From assembly GCA_963838755.1 (NCBI GenBank), contig CAWISO010000027.1, positions 176,613 to 240,612 on the forward strand: a stretch of 64,000 nt of DNA, read 5' to 3'. Each line of letters begins with the position of its first letter. Position 1 is the stretch's first letter. A program made the translations under genes and the position numbers. The notes under the pieces were generated by a model. It was not told the DNA's origin. It saw only the letters and a program-made list of their open reading frames with translations, and did not search any database. The stretch comes from an uncultured Actinomycetota bacterium. GTDB taxonomy: Bacteria > Actinomycetota > Actinomycetes > Mycobacteriales > Mycobacteriaceae. This document shows positions 18,904 to 28,107 of the stretch, piece after piece.

Positions 18904-20226
18904 TCATCGCGCCGGGGTTGAAAGATCAGACTCAGCTGCTGTGCAACGGACGGGCAAATGCGTCGGACCACGCAGCGAGCTGTTGGTCGACCAAGTCGTA
19001 GGGCCGACGGCGGTGATCCGGGTGACCCGGTCGACAAGTTCACGCAGCACTGCCTGCGCTTCCATGCGTGCCAGAGGAGCTCCGACACACATGTGTGCGC
19101 CATATCCGAAGCCGACATGCATGCGCGGGTTGCGGTCTGCGCGGTATTCGTCAGGTTCGTCGAAGACGAGCGGGTCGCGGTTGGCCGCACCGAAAGACAG
19201 GAGCAGACGTGCGCCGGCGGGAATGGTCACCTCGCCGACCTGGTAGTCCGTACGCGTGTAGCGGTAGAGGTTTTGGATAGGGCTGGAGATGCGCAGTTGT
19301 TCCTCGACGGCGATGGGGATGAGGTCCGGGTTGGCGCGGATGAGATCGTATTGGTCGGGGTTTCGGGCCAACGTGTCGAACATGCCGCCGAGTAGGTTGG
19401 TAGTGGTCTCGTTACCGGCGATGAGCAGCAGCAGGGCAACGTAGAACAACTGATCGTCGCTCAGGTTGCCTTCGCTGCTGTGTTGCAGTAACCGCCCAAG
19501 CACGGTGTCCGAACCTTTGAGATCACCGGTGGCGAGATGACGCAGGAAGTAGCGTCGTAGTGCGATGACCGCACGCATTGAATTTGCAATGTCCACAACC
19601 CCTTTGGGTGTTGGTGAAAAATTAATGATCCGAACGCTGTTTTCTGACCATCGCCGGAAGTCGGCAACGTCGGTGTCTGGCACGCCCAGGATCGCGGCGA
19701 TCATACGCATCGGCATCGGTATGGCCAACCTTTGTACCACGTCGCATCCAGGTTCGGCGAGCACCTCGGACACCAGTTCGGCTGCAAGCTTGTCGGCAAT
19801 TTCCTGCCAGTTTTCCAGCGCAACACGGGTGAAGGCGGGCTGGACTTGCTTACGTAGCCGGGCGTGTTCGTCACCGTCTGTGAGCACTAAGAGATCAGCC
19901 GCCATTCTGACTCGCGTTACCCCCCGGGTGCTGGTGACCTGATCTGTGTCGCGTAATGCGGCGCGGACGTCATTCAATCGGCTCAGGATCCAGGTGGCGC
20001 GCTTCGGGTTGTAGTGCACACGCCCGCTACGATGCAGCGCTCGGTAGGCCTCGTGGGGCTGAGCCGCGGTGGCGGGGTCCAGCGGGTCGTAGTCGGTGTT
20101 GACCGCGCCAGTCCAGCCTCGATAGCCCTGCCGGCGCGTGCGGATCGCCCCGGCGAGATTCATCTCTATGGCGCTGCCAAGGGGTTTAAGTAACGTAACG
20201 ATGCCGCGCGGGCTGTTCACCGCCAT
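18904..20226 (-). CDS. Cytochrome P450
   Basis: AGNETT I-helix, EQLR (ExxR), ANRDP, FGYGAHMCVG heme motif; start 20226 or 20232. Confidence 0.95.
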   Translation of the reverse strand: MAVNSPRGIVTLLKPLGSAIEMNLAGAIRTRRQGYRGWTGAVNTDYDPLDPATAAQPHEAYRALHRSGRVHYNPKRATWILSRLNDVRAALRDTDQVTSTRGVTRVRMAADLLVLTDGDEHARLRKQVQPAFTRVALENWQEIADKLAAELVSEVLAEPGCDVVQRLAIPMPMRMIAAILGVPDTDVADFRRWSENSVRIINFSPTPKGVVDIANSMRAVIALRRYFLRHLATGDLKGSDTVLGRLLQHSSEGNLSDDQLFYVALLLLIAGNETTTNLLGGMFDTLARNPDQYDLIRANPDLIPIAVEEQLRISSPIQNLYRYTRTDYQVGEVTIPAGARLLLSFGAANRDPLVFDEPDEYRADRNPRMHVGFGYGAHMCVGAPLARMEAQAVLRELVDRVTRITAVGPTTWSTNSSLRGPTHLPVRCTAAESDLSTPAR

Positions 20227-20548
20227 GACCATTGCACCTTTCGTCCGTTAGTAAAGAACGCAACGGTCTCGGGCCGGCGAGGGGGTACCGTGCGGGTCGG
20301 AGTGAAAAGTGTTGTGCGCCAAAGCAAGGGTCTCCTCAAGCTCGCGGATGCACGGGCATGCAGGTCGGGTGGGCGCATGCCAACCGGAAGTGATGGCGCT
20401 CCACCGTCATGCCCTCAGATTCGGCGCTGGCGCCCGTATCGTCAACGGTGCGACACGAAGTTGAAAGGCCCGTTCGGATGCTACTCAGGAAGCGTTTCGC
20501 ATCAACACCATCTGACCAGCGCGTTCTCTTATAGAATCCTGTCCAGAA

Positions 20549-20563
20549 TTCTCACAACGATAA
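20549..20563. promoter_or_regulatory. Candidate TetR operator
   Basis: TTCTCA-CAA-CGATAA imperfect palindrome in the P450/tetR divergent region. Confidence 0.5.
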
Positions 20564-20826
20564 AGCCGTTTTGGCCTTGTCGCTCGAAGAAGGCTGCATG
20601 TGCGCAAGCTTATTCTGCAGAACCGGGATCCCCGGACGTGCTCTGCCAGTGGGGAAGTCGGCTCGATGTGCCCACCTTGAGCTCGTCTGATGTCCTCAAT
20701 GCGTCGTGGGCTCCTGTGAACATCTCGCCCGTCAAGCGCGCGGGTCGAGGTTGCGACACCCAGTGGCGGGGTAGTGTGATGACTTCTCACGACAGGCATG
20801 TGAGCCGGGTGAAGCACTCCAAATAA

Positions 20827-20841
20827 TTCTCAACGCGAGAA
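20827..20841. promoter_or_regulatory. Candidate TetR operator
   Basis: TTCTCA-ACG-CGAGAA, 39 nt upstream of tetR ATG. Confidence 0.55.
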
Positions 20842-20879
20842 CGCGAATTTATCTGTCGGCTGGACGAGGACAAGGTGTC

Positions 20880-21422
20880 ATGACACGTGAGGATTGGTTG
20901 GTCGGCCGCGACCGAGGCAGCGAAGCCGCCGACCGGATCTACGACGCGGCCGCAGAGCTAGTCTCGCGCAAAGGATTCGAGGCGTTCACGATCGAGGCAC
21001 TGGCCGCCAAAGTGCATTGCTCGCCGGCAACGATCTATCGTCACGCCGGCGGCAAGGCCGCGATCCGTGAAGCCGTCACCATGCGCACCTCCTCACGAAT
21101 AGTCGGGTTAGTACGTGACGCGATCAAAGATTTACACGGCGCTGAGCGCGTAGTGACGGCGATCTTGGTTGCGTTGGAGCACATCCGGGCCGAGCCGCTC
21201 GGTGACCTGATGATGGGTTCGATCCGGCCGAGCCACGAAGGCGAATGGTTGACAGCGTCGCCGGGCGTGGCCCGGCTGGCCCAGGAAGTGATCGGTTCCG
21301 ACGACCCCCTGGCCGCGCAGTGGCTGCTTCGGGTAACCCTGGCGCTGTGGTACTGGCCGGCCGAGGACCGCGACATCGAATACGCGCTTATAAAGCGCTT
21401 TGTTGGCCCGTCGTTTAGCTAG
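20880..21422 (+). CDS. TetR family regulator (resembles Rv1776c-type regulators next to P450s)
   Basis: RIYDAA.EL...G...FTIEALA..VHCSPATIYRH HTH; divergent from P450. Confidence 0.9.
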   Translation: MTREDWLVGRDRGSEAADRIYDAAAELVSRKGFEAFTIEALAAKVHCSPATIYRHAGGKAAIREAVTMRTSSRIVGLVRDAIKDLHGAERVVTAILVALEHIRAEPLGDLMMGSIRPSHEGEWLTASPGVARLAQEVIGSDDPLAAQWLLRVTLALWYWPAEDRDIEYALIKRFVGPSFS

Positions 21423-21817
21423 ACCAAGCAGCCGAACCCCGCGGTCTTCCGCGTAGGCGCACTCGGTGGCATCCAGCTCTGTCTGAATCCATCAGCAACT
21501 GCTCTTCGCACTATGAGAGAAAATCTCACGGACTTCTCACCCATCGCTGCTGGTGGAGTCGGTACGCGTTGTCGGGCACGCGACTGACCAGGGTTGAAGC
21601 GCTTTCAACTTCATGGCATCTCGTTGACGTTGCCGCTTGGTGTTCACAAAGCTGAGTTGATGGTGATGGCGCAGCGTTCACGCGAGGCTGTCTTCGGCGG
21701 TCGGTGGCGGCAGACAATGGTCACCGTGGACAGCTACGCCGTGACGATTCAATCGTGGCGATGCGGTTGGCAGACAGATCAACGAGCGTTGGCTCGCCCG
21801 AAATTGGTTGTCCCAAT

Positions 21818-23494
21818 ATGGCTTTCGTGATCACGCAGCGGTGCTGCAACGATGCGAGCTGCGTGTCGGTGTGCCCGGTCGATTGCATCCGCCCCTCTCC
21901 AGATGACCCCGAATTCGGCACGGCCGAGATGTTGCACATCGATCCGGAAGCCTGCGTCGACTGCGGCGCATGCGTGCCTGTCTGCCCGACCAGCGCTATC
22001 GACTACGAGGTCGATTTACCTGAACCGTTGAAGCGATACAAAGACATCAACGCCGCCTATTTTCAGCGGCACCCGCTGCACGCAGATCCTCGGCGATTGG
22101 ACGAGAGGCCCTCACGTCCACCCAAGGAACTGGGGACCCTGCGGGTGGCGATCGTCGGCGCCGGACCGGCCGCATGCTATGCGGCCGACGAGTTGTTGGC
22201 CCGAGCCGATGTCGAGATCGAGTTGCTGGACAGGCTGCCCACGCCGTACGGGCTCATTCGCGGCGGCGTGGCACCGGATCACTCCGCGACCAAGGATGTG
22301 GGCCTGACGTTCGGCGCGAGGTTCGTGACAGACGCTGTGGCTTTGCACCTCAACGTCGAAGTCGGCGAGCACCTCACGCATGAAGAGCTGATGCGGCACC
22401 ACCACGCCGTCATCTACGCGGTGGGCGCATTCGAGGAGCGCCGGCTCGACATACCCGGTGAGGATCTGCGCGGAAGCCATCCCGCCTCCGAGTTCGTCGC
22501 CTGGTACAACGGGCATCCCGATTACGCCGACATGACGTTCGATCTGTCCGGGGAGCGGGCGGTAGTGGTCGGAAACGGCAACGTCGCCTTGGATGTGGCG
22601 CGAATCCTGCTCCTCGACACCGACGAATTGCAGAACACCGACATCGCCAACCATGCGCTGGATGCCCTGCGGCGCAGTAACATTCGGGAGGTCATGCTTC
22701 TGGGACGACGCGGGCCGCTGCAGGCGGCCTACTCATCATCGGAGTTTCTTGCCTTCAACCACGTGCCGGGGGTGGATGTCGTGCTCGATGAGCGCGAGCT
22801 GAACCTCGACCCGACCAGCCGAGCCCAGATCGAAGACCCCGCGCTGGAACCGACGCTCGCCCTGAAGGTGAGGCTCGCCGAGGAGTACGCGCACCGTCCG
22901 CTGGACCCGCACAACAAGCGCGTCGTATTCCGCTACTGCGTTTCCCCGGTCGAAGTTCACGGGACCGACCGCGTTGAGGGAGTGCGGATCACCGCCAACG
23001 AGCTCGTCGACATTGACGGCGCAATCAAGGCTGTCGCGACCGACCAGACCGAGGATATCGAGGCATCATTGGTGCTGCGCTCAGTGGGCTTCCGGGGACG
23101 GCCACTGCCCGGACTGCCGTTCGATGAGCATCGCGCAATCATCCCCAACGAGGGCGGCCGGGTGATCGCCGAAGACGGGCAGCCGATCACAGGCGTCTAC
23201 GTCGCCGGATGGATCAAGCGTGGGGCTACTGGCACGATCGGTACCAACAAGCACTGCGCCCGCGAGACGGTCGCAAACATCATGGAGGACTTCATCTCCG
23301 GCAGGCTCCGCCGCCCCGACGGCGATCGGCGCTCGCTGCAGCAACTGCTCGAAGAGCGTCAGCCGAAGCTGATTTCGGGCGACGGCTGGCACGCCATCGA
23401 CCAGGGCGAACGTCGCCGTGGTCAATCCTCCGGACGTCCGCGGGTCAAGTTCACCGACCCAGCCGAGATGGTCGAGATCGCCAAGAGCCCTTAA
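21818..23494 (+). CDS. Ferredoxin:ferredoxin-NADP reductase fusion (FprB-like)
   Basis: N-terminal CCNDASC..VCPVDCI and CVDCGAC..VCP Fe-S motifs; GAGPA, GVAPDH, GNGNVALD, GWIKRG. Confidence 0.92.
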   Translation: MAFVITQRCCNDASCVSVCPVDCIRPSPDDPEFGTAEMLHIDPEACVDCGACVPVCPTSAIDYEVDLPEPLKRYKDINAAYFQRHPLHADPRRLDERPSRPPKELGTLRVAIVGAGPAACYAADELLARADVEIELLDRLPTPYGLIRGGVAPDHSATKDVGLTFGARFVTDAVALHLNVEVGEHLTHEELMRHHHAVIYAVGAFEERRLDIPGEDLRGSHPASEFVAWYNGHPDYADMTFDLSGERAVVVGNGNVALDVARILLLDTDELQNTDIANHALDALRRSNIREVMLLGRRGPLQAAYSSSEFLAFNHVPGVDVVLDERELNLDPTSRAQIEDPALEPTLALKVRLAEEYAHRPLDPHNKRVVFRYCVSPVEVHGTDRVEGVRITANELVDIDGAIKAVATDQTEDIEASLVLRSVGFRGRPLPGLPFDEHRAIIPNEGGRVIAEDGQPITGVYVAGWIKRGATGTIGTNKHCARETVANIMEDFISGRLRRPDGDRRSLQQLLEERQPKLISGDGWHAIDQGERRRGQSSGRPRVKFTDPAEMVEIAKSP

Positions 23495-23719
23495 AGCTTG
23501 TGGTGCCGCGGCATTAGTGACCGTGCTTAGCGGTCCAAGTACTTGACCGGCAACATCGAACACCGCGCGACATCACACTCGCCAGGCCCGTACGGAGAGC
23601 CATCCTGGCACTCGCTACGTATGCGCCCAGATCCCCAGTGAGATTGCCGCATCAGTCGACCATAACGACATGCAGCTTGGAGTCGAGCTGAGGTTCCGCT
23701 GACGAAACAGCCCTAAGCT

Positions 23720-24616
23720 TTAGCTTGAGAACGCTTTTCGTAGAACCTCGCACTGGCGGTCGAAAAATTCACGCGACACTCCGGCAGTTGGTGCGACAAT
23801 ATCGAATCCGTGGAAAGCGCCGGTGACGATCTCAAGGTCGCAAGCGACACCCGCGTCCTTGAGGCGACGCGCATACTCGACGTTCTCGTCATGCAGCGGA
23901 TCGAGGGTGCCGACGCCGATCCACGCGGGCGGTAGACCACCGAGATCGTCGTGCCGAGAGGGCACGGCGACTTGCGGATCGGCGCCGCGTAGATAAGCGG
24001 TCCATCCCAACCGATTGCTGTTGGGGCTCCAGAGCCGATAACGCCGATCTCTGATGCCGGGGCGATCGCTGGAGCGATCATCCACCATCGGATACACCAA
24101 AAGCTGAAATAGCGGTACCAATTCGCCGCGGTCGCGAGCCAATAGCGCAAGCGCCGCCGCCAAGCCGCCGCCGGCGCTTGCGCCACCGATGGCGACCCGC
24201 GCGGGATCGATGCCGGGCAAGCGAGTCAGCCACGCAAACGCTTCGTAGCAGTCCTCCAGGGCCGCCGGATAAGGGTGTTTAGGCGCGAGGCGGTAATCGA
24301 CGGCGACGACGGGGACACCTAGCCGGTGGGCGAAGCGGCGGCAAAGCCGGTCGTCCTGCGCTGCCGACCCGATGACGTATCCGCCACCGTGAATCCAGAG
24401 CAGCGCGGCGCCCGCATTGTCAGTGTGCCGAGGCCGGTGCAGCCGCACATTGATTCCGCTGGGCAGAGCCGCCACTTCGACATTCTTCGAGAAACGCAGT
24501 GCCTGTAATCGCGTCAGCGCGCGAAGAACTGGCAGAGTGCGGCGAGTGTAGGGGCCCCCTGGCAGCACGCGCGCAATCACCCGCAAGTCGGGGTGAAACT
24601 CCTGGCTGTTCGGCAT
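23720..24616 (-). CDS. HSL-family (family IV) lipase/esterase
   Basis: HGGG, DYRLAP.HPYPA, GASAGG, DPL, FHGF. Confidence 0.92.
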   Translation of the reverse strand: MPNSQEFHPDLRVIARVLPGGPYTRRTLPVLRALTRLQALRFSKNVEVAALPSGINVRLHRPRHTDNAGAALLWIHGGGYVIGSAAQDDRLCRRFAHRLGVPVVAVDYRLAPKHPYPAALEDCYEAFAWLTRLPGIDPARVAIGGASAGGGLAAALALLARDRGELVPLFQLLVYPMVDDRSSDRPGIRDRRYRLWSPNSNRLGWTAYLRGADPQVAVPSRHDDLGGLPPAWIGVGTLDPLHDENVEYARRLKDAGVACDLEIVTGAFHGFDIVAPTAGVSREFFDRQCEVLRKAFSS

Positions 24617-25536
24617 CAGACGGGGAAGGTGACGCCGGTGAGTTCCTCAGCTACGGTCCACAGTCGCTTCTGGACGGCCTCGTCGCGGGCTTTGGCACTG
24701 GCTGTCACCAGCTTCGGATAGCCCTTGAGTTCGAATAGTCCGCGCGGACCCCAGTACTGGCCGCCGCGCACCTGCGGATCAGTGGCCGCCAGTAACTGGG
24801 GCAGTGCCCCCTTCGCCGGATCCTGGCCCACAACTGGACCGAACAGCCTCATCAACGGTACGACCGGTTTCCACACATGGCGTATCAGCTCGGAATCGGT
24901 ATACCCAGGATGGGCGGCCACCGCGATGGTGGGCACATCGGCGGCAGCCAACCGCCGCTGCAGTTCATAGCAGAACATCAAGTTGGCCAGCTTCGACTGA
25001 GCATAGGCAGCGCCGCGGTTGTAACGGCGCTGCCACTGCAGATCATCGAAATGTATTGCACCGCCGAGCTTATGAGCATTGCTGCTGACGACGACGACCC
25101 GTGAGCCATCGACCGGCATAAGATTGTCCAGCAGAAGCCCCGTGAGGGCGAAATGACCGAGATAGTTTGTGCCGAACTGCAATTCGAATCCGTCCAGTGT
25201 CACCCGCTTCGGAGGAACCATCACTCCGGCGTTATTTATCAGCAGGTCGATCCGCGGATATGCGGCGCGCAAGTCCTCAACCGCTGCACGCACAGACCGC
25301 AGGCTTCCGAGGTCGAGCGGCTGAATAGAGACGTCGGCACGAGGCGCTGTATTCAGGATCCGGTCCCGTGCAGCTTTCCCCTTTTCTGTGTCGCGAACTG
25401 CGAGCACCACACAGGCTCCACGCTCCGCTAGAACCCGAGCGGTGTCGAAGCCGAGGCCGGTATTGGAGCCCGTGACGATCGCCACCCGCCCTGTCTGGTC
25501 GGGCACATCCGCCTCGGTCCACTTGCTTGCTGACAT
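24616..25536 (-). CDS. Short-chain dehydrogenase/reductase (retinol DH-like)
   Basis: TGSNTGLG, NNAG, YAQSK; TGATG overlap with esterase. Confidence 0.92.
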   Translation of the reverse strand: MSASKWTEADVPDQTGRVAIVTGSNTGLGFDTARVLAERGACVVLAVRDTEKGKAARDRILNTAPRADVSIQPLDLGSLRSVRAAVEDLRAAYPRIDLLINNAGVMVPPKRVTLDGFELQFGTNYLGHFALTGLLLDNLMPVDGSRVVVVSSNAHKLGGAIHFDDLQWQRRYNRGAAYAQSKLANLMFCYELQRRLAAADVPTIAVAAHPGYTDSELIRHVWKPVVPLMRLFGPVVGQDPAKGALPQLLAATDPQVRGGQYWGPRGLFELKGYPKLVTASAKARDEAVQKRLWTVAEELTGVTFPV

Positions 25537-25758
25537 GGGAGATGATCGCTCTCTGTCGTTGAGAGGCAAATATCCTCGTCGTTGGCCCTTCCGATGGGCA
25601 GCGAGGGATCGCCACCGCCGGGTTTCAGGTTGGGTGGTGGCTTATGCAACGTCAACGATGTGGCAGGAAGTTGAAAGGCCAGCTCTGGCGCTGTCCGGGA
25701 CTTCCGTCGCACGCAAGCCATTTGAACAGGCGGTTTGCCGATTAATTGAGCCAGAAGT

Positions 25759-25773
25759 TTCTCATCGTGATAA
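25759..25773. promoter_or_regulatory. Candidate TetR operator
   Basis: TTCTCA-TCG-TGATAA upstream of the SDR-esterase operon. Confidence 0.5.
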
Positions 25774-26147
25774 GACGAGTTTGCAGAGAGCTGGACAAGC
25801 GCTCACTTTGACGGGTTAAGACGGGGATGGTCGGCATCACGACGTAAGCATCTGACTTCCGTTGCAGCCGGCCCCATTTGAGTCTCCCGGTTCATACCAA
25901 GGATGAGCCGAATGAGTGCCGATTGTTCAAGACTCGAGGCTCGCGCGGGAATCGTGTTCTTCAAATTAATCGCAAGTACTTGATACCATGACCGCGAGGA
26001 AGCGATGATTACGCGTCAGATGTGGGGCTGCCGCGCCCATTTAGGAATAGGTAACATGTTGCTAGGTAACAACTCTCGGCTCGCCGCGATTCGATCCGAT
26101 CGGCGTTTACGCGGGAAGCCCACCCATGTGGCATCGTCTTCACCGTC

Positions 26148-27206
26148 GTGATTAGCGTGATAAGGGCGGTTGAAGGGCCTCCGACCCTTCCGCCGGGTAG
26201 CACGGTCACTGTCGGACGATCTACGTTGGCAATTCCTTTCGGAACAGGGCACGTCGTGCCTGCGAACTGGTACTTCCCGAGCGGACCCCAAACACCGACT
26301 CGGCTGATCTACCTACAACACGGCTTCCTCGCCAGCGCCCCGCTCTACAGCTACACAGCGGCAGTGCTCGCCCAGCAGACAAATAGCGTCGTTATCACCC
26401 CGTCGTTGACGTCGAACCTCTTCGCCAGCGACGCCGCCTGGTTGGGCGAGATGACGTTGCAACGCGCGGTGGCCGACCTGTTCGCGGGTAGCCGGGTGCC
26501 ACTCACCGCCAGCGCGACCTTCGCGGCGGGAAGCTCCGTGACGCTGCCGCAACGCTTCGTGCTCGCCGGCCATTCCATGGGCGGTGGCCTCGTCGCAGCC
26601 GCCGCCGGGTTCTGCGTCGACAACGGAGCGATCACGGATCTGGCCGGCGTGATGCTGTTCGACGCGGTCTCGCTTAACAACGCACTGCCGACAGCTCTGG
26701 CAAAGCTCACTGGCGTCAACAACCGACCGGTGCTGCTGATTACCGAACCCAAGCACTTTTGGAACCAGCTCGGCGATGTCAGCGGCTACTTGGTCCAGGC
26801 GCGACCCAATCAGTTCGTGGGAATTTCGCTAGTCGGAGGTTCGCACATTGATGCGATGCAAAGCGGAAACGTTCTGGTTCAGAAGGCAGCACAACTGTTT
26901 ACTGGCTTCTCGCTTCCGCAAAACGTCGAAGCAATACAGACAATCTCCGCCGGATGGATCAACGACATGTTCGCGGGCACCCGCGAAGGCATCTACGGTG
27001 CGCCCGGGACGCCGATCCAGATTTCAACCAGTGCTGGGACTGCTACTGCCTTCGTACTTCCGGCGCCACCCAATCGCACGTCGCCAGCAAGTGTGCTGCT
27101 GCAAACGGTCCTTGATGCCGCGCCCCGTGCGTTCTTCAGCTACGCGCCGCGTCTCTGGGCATCTCGCCGGAACGCCGCGGTGCTCCGCGCGACCAAGCGC
27201 GACTAG
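26148..27206 (+). CDS. Alpha/beta hydrolase
   Basis: WYFP, YLQHGF, GHSMGG, GGSH.D; start uncertain. Confidence 0.8.
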   Translation: MISVIRAVEGPPTLPPGSTVTVGRSTLAIPFGTGHVVPANWYFPSGPQTPTRLIYLQHGFLASAPLYSYTAAVLAQQTNSVVITPSLTSNLFASDAAWLGEMTLQRAVADLFAGSRVPLTASATFAAGSSVTLPQRFVLAGHSMGGGLVAAAAGFCVDNGAITDLAGVMLFDAVSLNNALPTALAKLTGVNNRPVLLITEPKHFWNQLGDVSGYLVQARPNQFVGISLVGGSHIDAMQSGNVLVQKAAQLFTGFSLPQNVEAIQTISAGWINDMFAGTREGIYGAPGTPIQISTSAGTATAFVLPAPPNRTSPASVLLQTVLDAAPRAFFSYAPRLWASRRNAAVLRATKRD

Positions 27207-27321
27207 GGCGATAAGGCGGCTTCCTAGGGCAGTTCGGATACGTGCGCCGACTTGCCCTACCGGCAGACGGGCGCTATGGCTGCCGGGGGTCGGATCCAAT
27301 CCGCGTTAGTCGGCTCGCTGG

Positions 27322-27423
27322 TGCATCGAGTCCGGCCTCTTTCGTCATCTGCTCTTCGGTCGACACACGCACGTAGGCCACGACGGTTCCCTCTGGAGGA
27401 GTCCGACGGCGAGGCGTTCCCAC
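27322..27423 (-). pseudogene. Serine recombinase (resolvase) N-terminal remnant
   Basis: Minus strand from GTG 27423 reads (M)GTPRRRTPPEGTVVAYVRVSTEEQMTKEAGLDA, then the frame degrades; YxRVST is the catalytic Ser motif. Confidence 0.75.
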
Positions 27424-27951
27424 TGCTCGAGCTTAAAGCAAACAACTGTTTGCTGTAAGCCTCGAACCAGGCTTCTACGCGCACTTGTGCGTCACATCTC
27501 CGGGTGAATGCCGCTCTTCCATTAGGTGCCCGGATAAGCTGAGAAGAGGTCCTTTGCTGGAGCTCGAGATCGCGTCACCGACGTAAGGCGTGAGGCGGCC
27601 GCGGTCTCTGAACTTAGACGGATCGACAGCTGCCGGTATCAGATGTTCTCAGCGTTGCCGACCGATTTTTAAGTCCGGTCAGCCGGCCAGGACTTCGGAA
27701 AAACACCGCGCAACAGTGTTTTCGCTGTGTCTCGAACCCAACGTGTAGGGAAAACCCTTATTGATGAGCCGTCAGCCGGCTACCTACGCTCAGAGAATCC
27801 TAGGCAACGGAAGGACTAAGGACGAGATGGGTCAGCACAACAAGCGCAACCGCCGGTTCCAAGAGCAGCAGGACGCGTCGCCGTCGAGCAGTGGGGCTGA
27901 GCACGACTGCGGGAGCCGCGCTGGCGTTCGGGTTGACCCCGTGGGGCGGCT

Positions 27952-28023
27952 GTCACCGGCACGGCCGGCAACGGCGGTAACGCCGGGACGGCCGGTGCGG
28001 GAGGCATCGGCGCGGCTCCCTAA
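27952..28023 (+). pseudogene. PE_PGRS-like C-terminal remnant
   Basis: Reads VTGTAGNGGNAGTAGAGGIGAAP-stop. Confidence 0.5.
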
Positions 28024-28044
28024 TCCGGCAGGAGGCGACACAAG

Positions 28045-28076
28045 GAGAGGCCCGCTTTCAGCGGGCCTCTCTCTTT
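28045..28076. terminator. Intrinsic terminator hairpin, probably bidirectional
   Basis: GAGAGGCCCGCT-TTC-AGCGGGCCTCTC then TCTTT; downstream of hflX stop. Confidence 0.75.
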
Positions 28077-28107
28077 GCTTGGCCATCCCGCCGGTTGGCC
28101 CGACGTC

